Positions 21,546 through 31,997 of a DNA stretch of 36,942 nt are shown here, in pieces. The DNA comes from Escherichia phage T7. Every line of letters starts with the position of its first letter. The first letter of the stretch is position 1. Location of the stretch: the sequence record MZ318361. One strand, given 5' to 3'. The position numbers and the translations under genes were made by a program. Below the pieces are notes generated by a model. The model saw only the letters and a list, made by a program, of their open reading frames with translations, did not search any database and was not told the origin of the DNA.

Positions 21546-21584
21546 CCCCTTGGGGCCTCTAAACGGGTCTTGAGGGGTTTTTTG
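21546..21584 (+). terminator. T7 RNAP terminator Tphi
   Basis: CCCCTTGGGGCCTCTAAACGGGTCTTGAGGGGTTTTTTG hairpin plus U-run. Confidence 0.9.
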
Positions 21585-21601
21585 CTGAAAGGAGGAACTA
21601 T

Positions 21602-22192
21602 ATGCGCTCATACGATATGAACGTTGAGACTGCCGCTGAGTTATCAGCTGTGAACGACATTCTGGCGTCTATCGGTGAACCTCCGGTATCAACGCTGGAA
21701 GGTGACGCTAACGCAGATGCAGCGAACGCTCGGCGTATTCTCAACAAGATTAACCGACAGATTCAATCTCGTGGATGGACGTTCAACATTGAGGAAGGCA
21801 TAACGCTACTACCTGATGTTTACTCCAACCTGATTGTATACAGTGACGACTATTTATCCCTAATGTCTACTTCCGGTCAATCCATCTACGTTAACCGAGG
21901 TGGCTATGTGTATGACCGAACGAGTCAATCAGACCGCTTTGACTCTGGTATTACTGTGAACATTATTCGTCTCCGCGACTACGATGAGATGCCTGAGTGC
22001 TTCCGTTACTGGATTGTCACCAAGGCTTCCCGTCAGTTCAACAACCGATTCTTTGGGGCACCGGAAGTAGAGGGTGTACTCCAAGAAGAGGAAGATGAGG
22101 CTAGACGTCTCTGCATGGAGTATGAGATGGACTACGGTGGGTACAATATGCTGGATGGAGATGCGTTCACTTCTGGTCTACTGACTCGCTAA
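21602..22192 (+). CDS. gp11: Tail tubular protein A
   Basis: 196-aa [24 protein letters not shown]... Confidence 0.95.
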
Positions 22193-22215
22193 CATTAATA
22201 AATAAGGAGGCTCTA

Positions 22216-24600
22216 ATGGCACTCATTAGCCAATCAATCAAGAACTTGAAGGGTGGTATCAGCCAACAGCCTGACATCCTTCGTTATCCAGACCAAGGGT
22301 CACGCCAAGTTAACGGTTGGTCTTCGGAGACCGAGGGCCTCCAAAAGCGTCCACCTCTTGTTTTCTTAAATACACTTGGAGACAACGGTGCGTTAGGTCA
22401 AGCTCCGTACATCCACCTGATTAACCGAGATGAGCACGAACAGTATTACGCTGTGTTCACTGGTAGCGGAATCCGAGTGTTCGACCTTTCTGGTAACGAG
22501 AAGCAAGTTAGGTATCCTAACGGTTCCAACTACATCAAGACCGCTAATCCACGTAACGACCTGCGAATGGTTACTGTAGCAGACTATACGTTCATCGTTA
22601 ACCGTAACGTTGTTGCACAGAAGAACACAAAGTCTGTCAACTTACCGAATTACAACCCTAATCAAGACGGATTGATTAACGTTCGTGGTGGTCAGTATGG
22701 TAGGGAACTAATTGTACACATTAACGGTAAAGACGTTGCGAAGTATAAGATACCAGATGGTAGTCAACCTGAACACGTAAACAATACGGATGCCCAATGG
22801 TTAGCTGAAGAGTTAGCCAAGCAGATGCGCACTAACTTGTCTGATTGGACTGTAAATGTAGGGCAAGGGTTCATCCATGTGACCGCACCTAGTGGTCAAC
22901 AGATTGACTCCTTCACGACTAAAGATGGCTACGCAGACCAGTTGATTAACCCTGTGACCCACTACGCTCAGTCGTTCTCTAAGCTGCCACCTAATGCTCC
23001 TAACGGCTACATGGTGAAAATCGTAGGGGACGCCTCTAAGTCTGCCGACCAGTATTACGTTCGGTATGACGCTGAGCGGAAAGTTTGGACTGAGACTTTA
23101 GGTTGGAACACTGAGGACCAAGTTCTATGGGAAACCATGCCACACGCTCTTGTGCGAGCCGCTGACGGTAATTTCGACTTCAAGTGGCTTGAGTGGTCTC
23201 CTAAGTCTTGTGGTGACGTTGACACCAACCCTTGGCCTTCTTTTGTTGGTTCAAGTATTAACGATGTGTTCTTCTTCCGTAACCGCTTAGGATTCCTTAG
23301 TGGGGAGAACATCATATTGAGTCGTACAGCCAAATACTTCAACTTCTACCCTGCGTCCATTGCGAACCTTAGTGATGACGACCCTATAGACGTAGCTGTG
23401 AGTACCAACCGAATAGCAATCCTTAAGTACGCCGTTCCGTTCTCAGAAGAGTTACTCATCTGGTCCGATGAAGCACAATTCGTCCTGACTGCCTCGGGTA
23501 CTCTCACATCTAAGTCGGTTGAGTTGAACCTAACGACCCAGTTTGACGTACAGGACCGAGCGAGACCTTTTGGGATTGGGCGTAATGTCTACTTTGCTAG
23601 TCCGAGGTCCAGCTTCACGTCCATCCACAGGTACTACGCTGTGCAGGATGTCAGTTCCGTTAAGAATGCTGAGGACATTACATCACACGTTCCTAACTAC
23701 ATCCCTAATGGTGTGTTCAGTATTTGCGGAAGTGGTACGGAAAACTTCTGTTCGGTACTATCTCACGGGGACCCTAGTAAAATCTTCATGTACAAATTCC
23801 TGTACCTGAACGAAGAGTTAAGGCAACAGTCGTGGTCTCATTGGGACTTTGGGGAAAACGTACAGGTTCTAGCTTGTCAGAGTATCAGCTCAGATATGTA
23901 TGTGATTCTTCGCAATGAGTTCAATACGTTCCTAGCTAGAATCTCTTTCACTAAGAACGCCATTGACTTACAGGGAGAACCCTATCGTGCCTTTATGGAC
24001 ATGAAGATTCGATACACGATTCCTAGTGGAACATACAACGATGACACATTCACTACCTCTATTCATATTCCAACAATTTATGGTGCAAACTTCGGGAGGG
24101 GCAAAATCACTGTATTGGAGCCTGATGGTAAGATAACCGTGTTTGAGCAACCTACGGCTGGGTGGAATAGCGACCCTTGGCTGAGACTCAGCGGTAACTT
24201 GGAGGGACGCATGGTGTACATTGGGTTCAACATTAACTTCGTATATGAGTTCTCTAAGTTCCTCATCAAGCAGACTGCCGACGACGGGTCTACCTCCACG
24301 GAAGACATTGGGCGCTTACAGTTACGCCGAGCGTGGGTTAACTACGAGAACTCTGGTACGTTTGACATTTATGTTGAGAACCAATCGTCTAACTGGAAGT
24401 ACACAATGGCTGGTGCCCGATTAGGCTCTAACACTCTGAGGGCTGGGAGACTGAACTTAGGGACCGGACAATATCGATTCCCTGTGGTTGGTAACGCCAA
24501 GTTCAACACTGTATACATCTTGTCAGATGAGACTACCCCTCTGAACATCATTAGGTGTGGCTGGGAAGGTAACTACTTACGGAGAAGTTCCGGTATTTAA
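22216..24600 (+). CDS. gp12: Tail tubular protein B
   Basis: 794-aa ORF. Confidence 0.95.
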   Translation: MALISQSIKNLKGGISQQPDILRYPDQGSRQVNGWSSETEGLQKRPPLVFLNTLGDNGALGQAPYIHLINRDEHEQYYAVFTGSGIRVFDLSGNEKQVRYPNGSNYIKTANPRNDLRMVTVADYTFIVNRNVVAQKNTKSVNLPNYNPNQDGLINVRGGQYGRELIVHINGKDVAKYKIPDGSQPEHVNNTDAQWLAEELAKQMRTNLSDWTVNVGQGFIHVTAPSGQQIDSFTTKDGYADQLINPVTHYAQSFSKLPPNAPNGYMVKIVGDASKSADQYYVRYDAERKVWTETLGWNTEDQVLWETMPHALVRAADGNFDFKWLEWSPKSCGDVDTNPWPSFVGSSINDVFFFRNRLGFLSGENIILSRTAKYFNFYPASIANLSDDDPIDVAVSTNRIAILKYAVPFSEELLIWSDEAQFVLTASGTLTSKSVELNLTTQFDVQDRARPFGIGRNVYFASPRSSFTSIHRYYAVQDVSSVKNAEDITSHVPNYIPNGVFSICGSGTENFCSVLSHGDPSKIFMYKFLYLNEELRQQSWSHWDFGENVQVLACQSISSDMYVILRNEFNTFLARISFTKNAIDLQGEPYRAFMDMKIRYTIPSGTYNDDTFTTSIHIPTIYGANFGRGKITVLEPDGKITVFEQPTAGWNSDPWLRLSGNLEGRMVYIGFNINFVYEFSKFLIKQTADDGSTSTEDIGRLQLRRAWVNYENSGTFDIYVENQSSNWKYTMAGARLGSNTLRAGRLNLGTGQYRFPVVGNAKFNTVYILSDETTPLNIIRCGWEGNYLRRSSGI

Positions 24601-24630
24601 TTAAATATTCTCCCTGTGGTGGCTCGAAAT

Positions 24631-24653
24631 TAATACGACTCACTATAGGGAGA
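24631..24653 (+). promoter_or_regulatory. T7 promoter phi13 (perfect consensus)
   Basis: TAATACGACTCACTATAGGGAGA. Confidence 0.9.
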
Positions 24654-24680
24654 ACAATACGACTACGGGAGGGTTTTCTT

Positions 24681-25097
24681 ATGATGACTATAAGACCTAC
24701 TAAAAGTACAGACTTTGAGGTATTCACTCCGGCTCACCATGACATTCTTGAAGCTAAGGCTGCTGGTATTGAGCCGAGTTTCCCTGATGCTTCCGAGTGT
24801 GTCACGTTGAGCCTCTATGGGTTCCCTCTAGCTATCGGTGGTAACTGCGGGGACCAGTGCTGGTTCGTTACGAGCGACCAAGTGTGGCGACTTAGTGGAA
24901 AGGCTAAGCGAAAGTTCCGTAAGTTAATCATGGAGTATCGCGATAAGATGCTTGAGAAGTATGATACTCTTTGGAATTACGTATGGGTAGGCAATACGTC
25001 CCACATTCGTTTCCTCAAGACTATCGGTGCGGTATTCCATGAAGAGTACACACGAGATGGTCAATTTCAGTTATTTACAATCACGAAAGGAGGATAA
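24681..25097 (+). CDS. gp13: Gene 13 internal virion / assembly protein
   Basis: 138-aa ORF. Confidence 0.9.
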   Translation: MMTIRPTKSTDFEVFTPAHHDILEAKAAGIEPSFPDASECVTLSLYGFPLAIGGNCGDQCWFVTSDQVWRLSGKAKRKFRKLIMEYRDKMLEKYDTLWNYVWVGNTSHIRFLKTIGAVFHEEYTRDGQFQLFTITKGG

Positions 25098-25101
25098 CCA
25101 T

Positions 25102-25692
25102 ATGTGTTGGGCAGCCGCAATACCTATCGCTATATCTGGCGCTCAGGCTATCAGTGGTCAGAACGCTCAGGCCAAAATGATTGCCGCTCAGACCGCTGCT
25201 GGTCGTCGTCAAGCTATGGAAATCATGAGGCAGACGAACATCCAGAATGCTGACCTATCGTTGCAAGCTCGAAGTAAACTTGAGGAAGCGTCCGCCGAGT
25301 TGACCTCACAGAACATGCAGAAGGTCCAAGCTATTGGGTCTATCCGAGCGGCTATCGGAGAGAGTATGCTTGAAGGTTCCTCAATGGACCGCATTAAGCG
25401 AGTCACAGAAGGACAGTTCATTCGGGAAGCCAATATGGTAACTGAGAACTATCGCCGTGACTACCAAGCAATCTTCGCACAGCAACTTGGTGGTACTCAA
25501 AGTGCTGCAAGTCAGATTGACGAAATCTATAAGAGCGAACAGAAACAGAAGAGTAAGCTACAGATGGTTCTGGACCCACTGGCTATCATGGGGTCTTCCG
25601 CTGCGAGTGCTTACGCATCCGGTGCGTTCGACTCTAAGTCCACAACTAAGGCACCTATTGTTGCCGCTAAAGGAACCAAGACGGGGAGGTAA
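25102..25692 (+). CDS. gp14: Internal virion protein B
   Basis: 196-aa ORF from MCWAAAIPIAISGAQAISGQ; AGGA Shine-Dalgarno. Confidence 0.9.
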   Translation: MCWAAAIPIAISGAQAISGQNAQAKMIAAQTAAGRRQAMEIMRQTNIQNADLSLQARSKLEEASAELTSQNMQKVQAIGSIRAAIGESMLEGSSMDRIKRVTEGQFIREANMVTENYRRDYQAIFAQQLGGTQSAASQIDEIYKSEQKQKSKLQMVLDPLAIMGSSAASAYASGAFDSKSTTKAPIVAAKGTKTGR

Positions 25693-25698
25693 TGAGCT

Positions 25699-27942
25699 AT
25701 GAGTAAAATTGAATCTGCCCTTCAAGCGGCACAACCGGGACTCTCTCGGTTACGTGGTGGTGCTGGAGGTATGGGCTATCGTGCAGCAACCACTCAGGCC
25801 GAACAGCCAAGGTCAAGCCTATTGGACACCATTGGTCGGTTCGCTAAGGCTGGTGCCGATATGTATACCGCTAAGGAACAACGAGCACGAGACCTAGCTG
25901 ATGAACGCTCTAACGAGATTATCCGTAAGCTGACCCCTGAGCAACGTCGAGAAGCTCTCAACAACGGGACCCTTCTGTATCAGGATGACCCATACGCTAT
26001 GGAAGCACTCCGAGTCAAGACTGGTCGTAACGCTGCGTATCTTGTGGACGATGACGTTATGCAGAAGATAAAAGAGGGTGTCTTCCGTACTCGCGAAGAG
26101 ATGGAAGAGTATCGCCATAGTCGCCTTCAAGAGGGCGCTAAGGTATACGCTGAGCAGTTCGGCATCGACCCTGAGGACGTTGATTATCAGCGTGGTTTCA
26201 ACGGGGACATTACCGAGCGTAACATCTCGCTGTATGGTGCGCATGATAACTTCTTGAGCCAGCAAGCTCAGAAGGGCGCTATCATGAACAGCCGAGTGGA
26301 ACTCAACGGTGTCCTTCAAGACCCTGATATGCTGCGTCGTCCAGACTCTGCTGACTTCTTTGAGAAGTATATCGACAACGGTCTGGTTACTGGCGCAATC
26401 CCATCTGATGCTCAAGCCACACAGCTTATAAGCCAAGCGTTCAGTGACGCTTCTAGCCGTGCTGGTGGTGCTGACTTCCTGATGCGAGTCGGTGACAAGA
26501 AGGTAACACTTAACGGAGCCACTACGACTTACCGAGAGTTGATTGGTGAGGAACAGTGGAACGCTCTCATGGTCACAGCACAACGTTCTCAGTTTGAGAC
26601 TGACGCGAAGCTGAACGAGCAGTATCGCTTGAAGATTAACTCTGCGCTGAACCAAGAGGACCCAAGGACAGCTTGGGAGATGCTTCAAGGTATCAAGGCT
26701 GAACTAGATAAGGTCCAACCTGATGAGCAGATGACACCACAACGTGAGTGGCTAATCTCCGCACAGGAACAAGTTCAGAATCAGATGAACGCATGGACGA
26801 AAGCTCAGGCCAAGGCTCTGGACGATTCCATGAAGTCAATGAACAAACTTGACGTAATCGACAAGCAATTCCAGAAGCGAATCAACGGTGAGTGGGTCTC
26901 AACGGATTTTAAGGATATGCCAGTCAACGAGAACACTGGTGAGTTCAAGCATAGCGATATGGTTAACTACGCCAATAAGAAGCTCGCTGAGATTGACAGT
27001 ATGGACATTCCAGACGGTGCCAAGGATGCTATGAAGTTGAAGTACCTTCAAGCGGACTCTAAGGACGGAGCATTCCGTACAGCCATCGGAACCATGGTCA
27101 CTGACGCTGGTCAAGAGTGGTCTGCCGCTGTGATTAACGGTAAGTTACCAGAACGAACCCCAGCTATGGATGCTCTGCGCAGAATCCGCAATGCTGACCC
27201 TCAGTTGATTGCTGCGCTATACCCAGACCAAGCTGAGCTATTCCTGACGATGGATATGATGGACAAGCAGGGTATTGACCCTCAGGTTATTCTTGATGCC
27301 GACCGACTGACTGTTAAGCGGTCCAAAGAGCAACGCTTTGAGGATGATAAAGCATTCGAGTCTGCACTGAATGCATCTAAGGCTCCTGAGATTGCCCGTA
27401 TGCCAGCGTCACTGCGCGAATCTGCACGTAAGATTTATGACTCCGTTAAGTATCGCTCGGGGAACGAAAGCATGGCTATGGAGCAGATGACCAAGTTCCT
27501 TAAGGAATCTACCTACACGTTCACTGGTGATGATGTTGACGGTGATACCGTTGGTGTGATTCCTAAGAATATGATGCAGGTTAACTCTGACCCGAAATCA
27601 TGGGAGCAAGGTCGGGATATTCTGGAGGAAGCACGTAAGGGAATCATTGCGAGCAACCCTTGGATAACCAATAAGCAACTGACCATGTATTCTCAAGGTG
27701 ACTCCATTTACCTTATGGACACCACAGGTCAAGTCAGAGTCCGATACGACAAAGAGTTACTCTCGAAGGTCTGGAGTGAGAACCAGAAGAAACTCGAAGA
27801 GAAAGCTCGTGAGAAGGCTCTGGCTGATGTGAACAAGCGAGCACCTATAGTTGCCGCTACGAAGGCCCGTGAAGCTGCTGCTAAACGAGTCCGAGAGAAA
27901 CGTAAACAGACTCCTAAGTTCATCTACGGACGTAAGGAGTAA
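25699..27942 (+). CDS. gp15: Internal virion protein C
   Basis: 747-aa ORF. Confidence 0.95.
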   Translation: MSKIESALQAAQPGLSRLRGGAGGMGYRAATTQAEQPRSSLLDTIGRFAKAGADMYTAKEQRARDLADERSNEIIRKLTPEQRREALNNGTLLYQDDPYAMEALRVKTGRNAAYLVDDDVMQKIKEGVFRTREEMEEYRHSRLQEGAKVYAEQFGIDPEDVDYQRGFNGDITERNISLYGAHDNFLSQQAQKGAIMNSRVELNGVLQDPDMLRRPDSADFFEKYIDNGLVTGAIPSDAQATQLISQAFSDASSRAGGADFLMRVGDKKVTLNGATTTYRELIGEEQWNALMVTAQRSQFETDAKLNEQYRLKINSALNQEDPRTAWEMLQGIKAELDKVQPDEQMTPQREWLISAQEQVQNQMNAWTKAQAKALDDSMKSMNKLDVIDKQFQKRINGEWVSTDFKDMPVNENTGEFKHSDMVNYANKKLAEIDSMDIPDGAKDAMKLKYLQADSKDGAFRTAIGTMVTDAGQEWSAAVINGKLPERTPAMDALRRIRNADPQLIAALYPDQAELFLTMDMMDKQGIDPQVILDADRLTVKRSKEQRFEDDKAFESALNASKAPEIARMPASLRESARKIYDSVKYRSGNESMAMEQMTKFLKESTYTFTGDDVDGDTVGVIPKNMMQVNSDPKSWEQGRDILEEARKGIIASNPWITNKQLTMYSQGDSIYLMDTTGQVRVRYDKELLSKVWSENQKKLEEKAREKALADVNKRAPIVAATKAREAAAKRVREKRKQTPKFIYGRKE

Positions 27943-27968
27943 CTAAAGGCTACATAAGGAGGCCCTAA

Positions 27969-30900
27969 ATGGATAAGTACGATAAGAACGTACCAAGTGA
28001 TTATGATGGTCTGTTCCAAAAGGCTGCTGATGCCAACGGGGTCTCTTATGACCTTTTACGTAAAGTCGCTTGGACAGAATCACGATTTGTGCCTACAGCA
28101 AAATCTAAGACTGGACCATTAGGCATGATGCAATTTACCAAGGCAACCGCTAAGGCCCTCGGTCTGCGAGTTACCGATGGTCCAGACGACGACCGACTGA
28201 ACCCTGAGTTAGCTATTAATGCTGCCGCTAAGCAACTTGCAGGTCTGGTAGGGAAGTTTGATGGCGATGAACTCAAAGCTGCCCTTGCGTACAACCAAGG
28301 CGAGGGACGCTTGGGTAATCCACAACTTGAGGCGTACTCTAAGGGAGACTTCGCATCAATCTCTGAGGAGGGACGTAACTACATGCGTAACCTTCTGGAT
28401 GTTGCTAAGTCACCTATGGCTGGACAGTTGGAAACTTTTGGTGGCATAACCCCAAAGGGTAAAGGCATTCCGGCTGAGGTAGGATTGGCTGGAATTGGTC
28501 ACAAGCAGAAAGTAACACAGGAACTTCCTGAGTCCACAAGTTTTGACGTTAAGGGTATCGAACAGGAGGCTACGGCGAAACCATTCGCCAAGGACTTTTG
28601 GGAGACCCACGGAGAAACACTTGACGAGTACAACAGTCGTTCAACCTTCTTCGGATTCAAAAATGCTGCCGAAGCTGAACTCTCCAACTCAGTCGCTGGG
28701 ATGGCTTTCCGTGCTGGTCGTCTCGATAATGGTTTTGATGTGTTTAAAGACACCATTACGCCGACTCGCTGGAACTCTCACATCTGGACTCCAGAGGAGT
28801 TAGAGAAGATTCGAACAGAGGTTAAGAACCCTGCGTACATCAACGTTGTAACTGGTGGTTCCCCTGAGAACCTCGATGACCTCATTAAATTGGCTAACGA
28901 GAACTTTGAGAATGACTCCCGCGCTGCCGAGGCTGGCCTAGGTGCCAAACTGAGTGCTGGTATTATTGGTGCTGGTGTGGACCCGCTTAGCTATGTTCCT
29001 ATGGTCGGTGTCACTGGTAAGGGCTTTAAGTTAATCAATAAGGCTCTTGTAGTTGGTGCCGAAAGTGCTGCTCTGAACGTTGCATCCGAAGGTCTCCGTA
29101 CCTCCGTAGCTGGTGGTGACGCAGACTATGCGGGTGCTGCCTTAGGTGGCTTTGTGTTTGGCGCAGGCATGTCTGCAATCAGTGACGCTGTAGCTGCTGG
29201 ACTGAAACGCAGTAAACCAGAAGCTGAGTTCGACAATGAGTTCATCGGTCCTATGATGCGATTGGAAGCCCGTGAGACAGCACGAAACGCCAACTCTGCG
29301 GACCTCTCTCGGATGAACACTGAGAACATGAAGTTTGAAGGTGAACATAATGGTGTCCCTTATGAGGACTTACCAACAGAGAGAGGTGCCGTGGTGTTAC
29401 ATGATGGCTCCGTTCTAAGTGCAAGCAACCCAATCAACCCTAAGACTCTAAAAGAGTTCTCCGAGGTTGACCCTGAGAAGGCTGCGCGAGGAATCAAACT
29501 GGCTGGGTTCACCGAGATTGGCTTGAAGACCTTGGGGTCTGACGATGCTGACATCCGTAGAGTGGCTATCGACCTCGTTCGCTCTCCTACTGGTATGCAG
29601 TCTGGTGCCTCAGGTAAGTTCGGTGCAACAGCTTCTGACATCCATGAGAGACTTCATGGTACTGACCAGCGTACTTATAATGACTTGTACAAAGCAATGT
29701 CTGACGCTATGAAAGACCCTGAGTTCTCTACTGGCGGCGCTAAGATGTCCCGTGAAGAAACTCGATACACTATCTACCGTAGAGCGGCACTAGCTATTGA
29801 GCGTCCAGAACTACAGAAGGCACTCACTCCGTCTGAGAGAATCGTTATGGACATCATTAAGCGTCACTTTGACACCAAGCGTGAACTTATGGAAAACCCA
29901 GCAATATTCGGTAACACAAAGGCTGTGAGTATCTTCCCTGAGAGTCGCCACAAAGGTACTTACGTTCCTCACGTATATGACCGTCATGCCAAGGCGCTGA
30001 TGATTCAACGCTACGGTGCCGAAGGTTTGCAGGAAGGGATTGCCCGCTCATGGATGAACAGCTACGTCTCCAGACCTGAGGTCAAGGCCAGAGTCGATGA
30101 GATGCTTAAGGAATTACACGGGGTGAAGGAAGTAACACCAGAGATGGTAGAGAAGTACGCTATGGATAAGGCTTATGGTATCTCCCACTCAGACCAGTTC
30201 ACCAACAGTTCCATAATAGAAGAGAACATTGAGGGCTTAGTAGGTATCGAGAATAACTCATTCCTTGAGGCACGTAACTTGTTTGATTCGGACCTATCCA
30301 TCACTATGCCAGACGGACAGCAATTCTCAGTGAATGACCTAAGGGACTTCGATATGTTCCGCATCATGCCAGCGTATGACCGCCGTGTCAATGGTGACAT
30401 CGCCATCATGGGGTCTACTGGTAAAACCACTAAGGAACTTAAGGATGAGATTTTGGCTCTCAAAGCGAAAGCTGAGGGAGACGGTAAGAAGACTGGCGAG
30501 GTACATGCTTTAATGGATACCGTTAAGATTCTTACTGGTCGTGCTAGACGCAATCAGGACACTGTGTGGGAAACCTCACTGCGTGCCATCAATGACCTAG
30601 GGTTCTTCGCTAAGAACGCCTACATGGGTGCTCAGAACATTACGGAGATTGCGGGGATGATTGTCACTGGTAACGTTCGTGCTCTAGGGCATGGTATCCC
30701 AATTCTGCGTGATACACTCTACAAGTCTAAACCAGTTTCAGCTAAGGAACTCAAGGAACTCCATGCGTCTCTGTTCGGGAAGGAGGTGGACCAGTTGATT
30801 CGGCCTAAACGTGCTGACATTGTGCAGCGCCTAAGGGAAGCAACTGATACCGGACCTGCCGTGGCGAACATCGTAGGGACCTTGAAGTATTCAACACAGG

Positions 30901-31925
30901 AACTGGCTGCTCGCTCTCCGTGGACTAAGCTACTGAACGGAACCACTAACTACCTTCTGGATGCTGCGCGTCAAGGTATGCTTGGGGATGTTATTAGTGC
31001 CACCCTAACAGGTAAGACTACCCGCTGGGAGAAAGAAGGCTTCCTTCGTGGTGCCTCCGTAACTCCTGAGCAGATGGCTGGCATCAAGTCTCTCATCAAG
31101 GAACATATGGTACGCGGTGAGGACGGGAAGTTTACCGTTAAGGACAAGCAAGCGTTCTCTATGGACCCACGGGCTATGGACTTATGGAGACTGGCTGACA
31201 AGGTAGCTGATGAGGCAATGCTGCGTCCACATAAGGTGTCCTTACAGGATTCCCATGCGTTCGGAGCACTAGGTAAGATGGTTATGCAGTTTAAGTCTTT
31301 CACTATCAAGTCCCTTAACTCTAAGTTCCTGCGAACCTTCTATGATGGATACAAGAACAACCGAGCGATTGACGCTGCGCTGAGCATCATCACCTCTATG
31401 GGTCTCGCTGGTGGTTTCTATGCTATGGCTGCACACGTCAAAGCATACGCTCTGCCTAAGGAGAAACGTAAGGAGTACTTGGAGCGTGCACTGGACCCAA
31501 CCATGATTGCCCACGCTGCGTTATCTCGTAGTTCTCAATTGGGTGCTCCTTTGGCTATGGTTGACCTAGTTGGTGGTGTTTTAGGGTTCGAGTCCTCCAA
31601 GATGGCTCGCTCTACGATTCTACCTAAGGACACCGTGAAGGAACGTGACCCAAACAAACCGTACACCTCTAGAGAGGTAATGGGCGCTATGGGTTCAAAC
31701 CTTCTGGAACAGATGCCTTCGGCTGGCTTTGTGGCTAACGTAGGGGCTACCTTAATGAATGCTGCTGGCGTGGTCAACTCACCTAATAAAGCAACCGAGC
31801 AGGACTTCATGACTGGTCTTATGAACTCCACAAAAGAGTTAGTACCGAACGACCCATTGACTCAACAGCTTGTGTTGAAGATTTATGAGGCGAACGGTGT
31901 TAACTTGAGGGAGCGTAGGAAATAA
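27969..31925 (+). CDS. gp16: Internal virion protein D with N-terminal lytic transglycosylase domain
   Basis: 1318-aa ORF; N-terminal region ...LLRKVAWTESRFVPTAKSKTGPLGMMQFTKATAKALG... resembles lytic transglycosylase motifs. Confidence 0.95.
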   Translation: MDKYDKNVPSDYDGLFQKAADANGVSYDLLRKVAWTESRFVPTAKSKTGPLGMMQFTKATAKALGLRVTDGPDDDRLNPELAINAAAKQLAGLVGKFDGDELKAALAYNQGEGRLGNPQLEAYSKGDFASISEEGRNYMRNLLDVAKSPMAGQLETFGGITPKGKGIPAEVGLAGIGHKQKVTQELPESTSFDVKGIEQEATAKPFAKDFWETHGETLDEYNSRSTFFGFKNAAEAELSNSVAGMAFRAGRLDNGFDVFKDTITPTRWNSHIWTPEELEKIRTEVKNPAYINVVTGGSPENLDDLIKLANENFENDSRAAEAGLGAKLSAGIIGAGVDPLSYVPMVGVTGKGFKLINKALVVGAESAALNVASEGLRTSVAGGDADYAGAALGGFVFGAGMSAISDAVAAGLKRSKPEAEFDNEFIGPMMRLEARETARNANSADLSRMNTENMKFEGEHNGVPYEDLPTERGAVVLHDGSVLSASNPINPKTLKEFSEVDPEKAARGIKLAGFTEIGLKTLGSDDADIRRVAIDLVRSPTGMQSGASGKFGATASDIHERLHGTDQRTYNDLYKAMSDAMKDPEFSTGGAKMSREETRYTIYRRAALAIERPELQKALTPSERIVMDIIKRHFDTKRELMENPAIFGNTKAVSIFPESRHKGTYVPHVYDRHAKALMIQRYGAEGLQEGIARSWMNSYVSRPEVKARVDEMLKELHGVKEVTPEMVEKYAMDKAYGISHSDQFTNSSIIEENIEGLVGIENNSFLEARNLFDSDLSITMPDGQQFSVNDLRDFDMFRIMPAYDRRVNGDIAIMGSTGKTTKELKDEILALKAKAEGDGKKTGEVHALMDTVKILTGRARRNQDTVWETSLRAINDLGFFAKNAYMGAQNITEIAGMIVTGNVRALGHGIPILRDTLYKSKPVSAKELKELHASLFGKEVDQLIRPKRADIVQRLREATDTGPAVANIVGTLKYSTQELAARSPWTKLLNGTTNYLLDAARQGMLGDVISATLTGKTTRWEKEGFLRGASVTPEQMAGIKSLIKEHMVRGEDGKFTVKDKQAFSMDPRAMDLWRLADKVADEAMLRPHKVSLQDSHAFGALGKMVMQFKSFTIKSLNSKFLRTFYDGYKNNRAIDAALSIITSMGLAGGFYAMAAHVKAYALPKEKRKEYLERALDPTMIAHAALSRSSQLGAPLAMVDLVGGVLGFESSKMARSTILPKDTVKERDPNKPYTSREVMGAMGSNLLEQMPSAGFVANVGATLMNAAGVVNSPNKATEQDFMTGLMNSTKELVPNDPLTQQLVLKIYEANGVNLRERRK

Positions 31926-31945
31926 TACGACTCACTATAGGGAGA
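31923..31945 (+). promoter_or_regulatory. T7 promoter phi17 (perfect consensus)
   Basis: TAATACGACTCACTATAGGGAGA. Confidence 0.9.
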
Positions 31946-31997
31946 GGCGAAATAATCTTCTCCCTGTAGTCTCTTAGATTTACTTTAAGGAGGTCAA

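Noticed and set aside
25894-26688. 264-aa minus-strand ORF antisense to gene 15
   Set aside because: Lies wholly antisense to a well-supported structural gene; T7 is transcribed from one strand only and no promoter or ribosome-binding site is apparent on the minus strand. Treated as a chance ORF.
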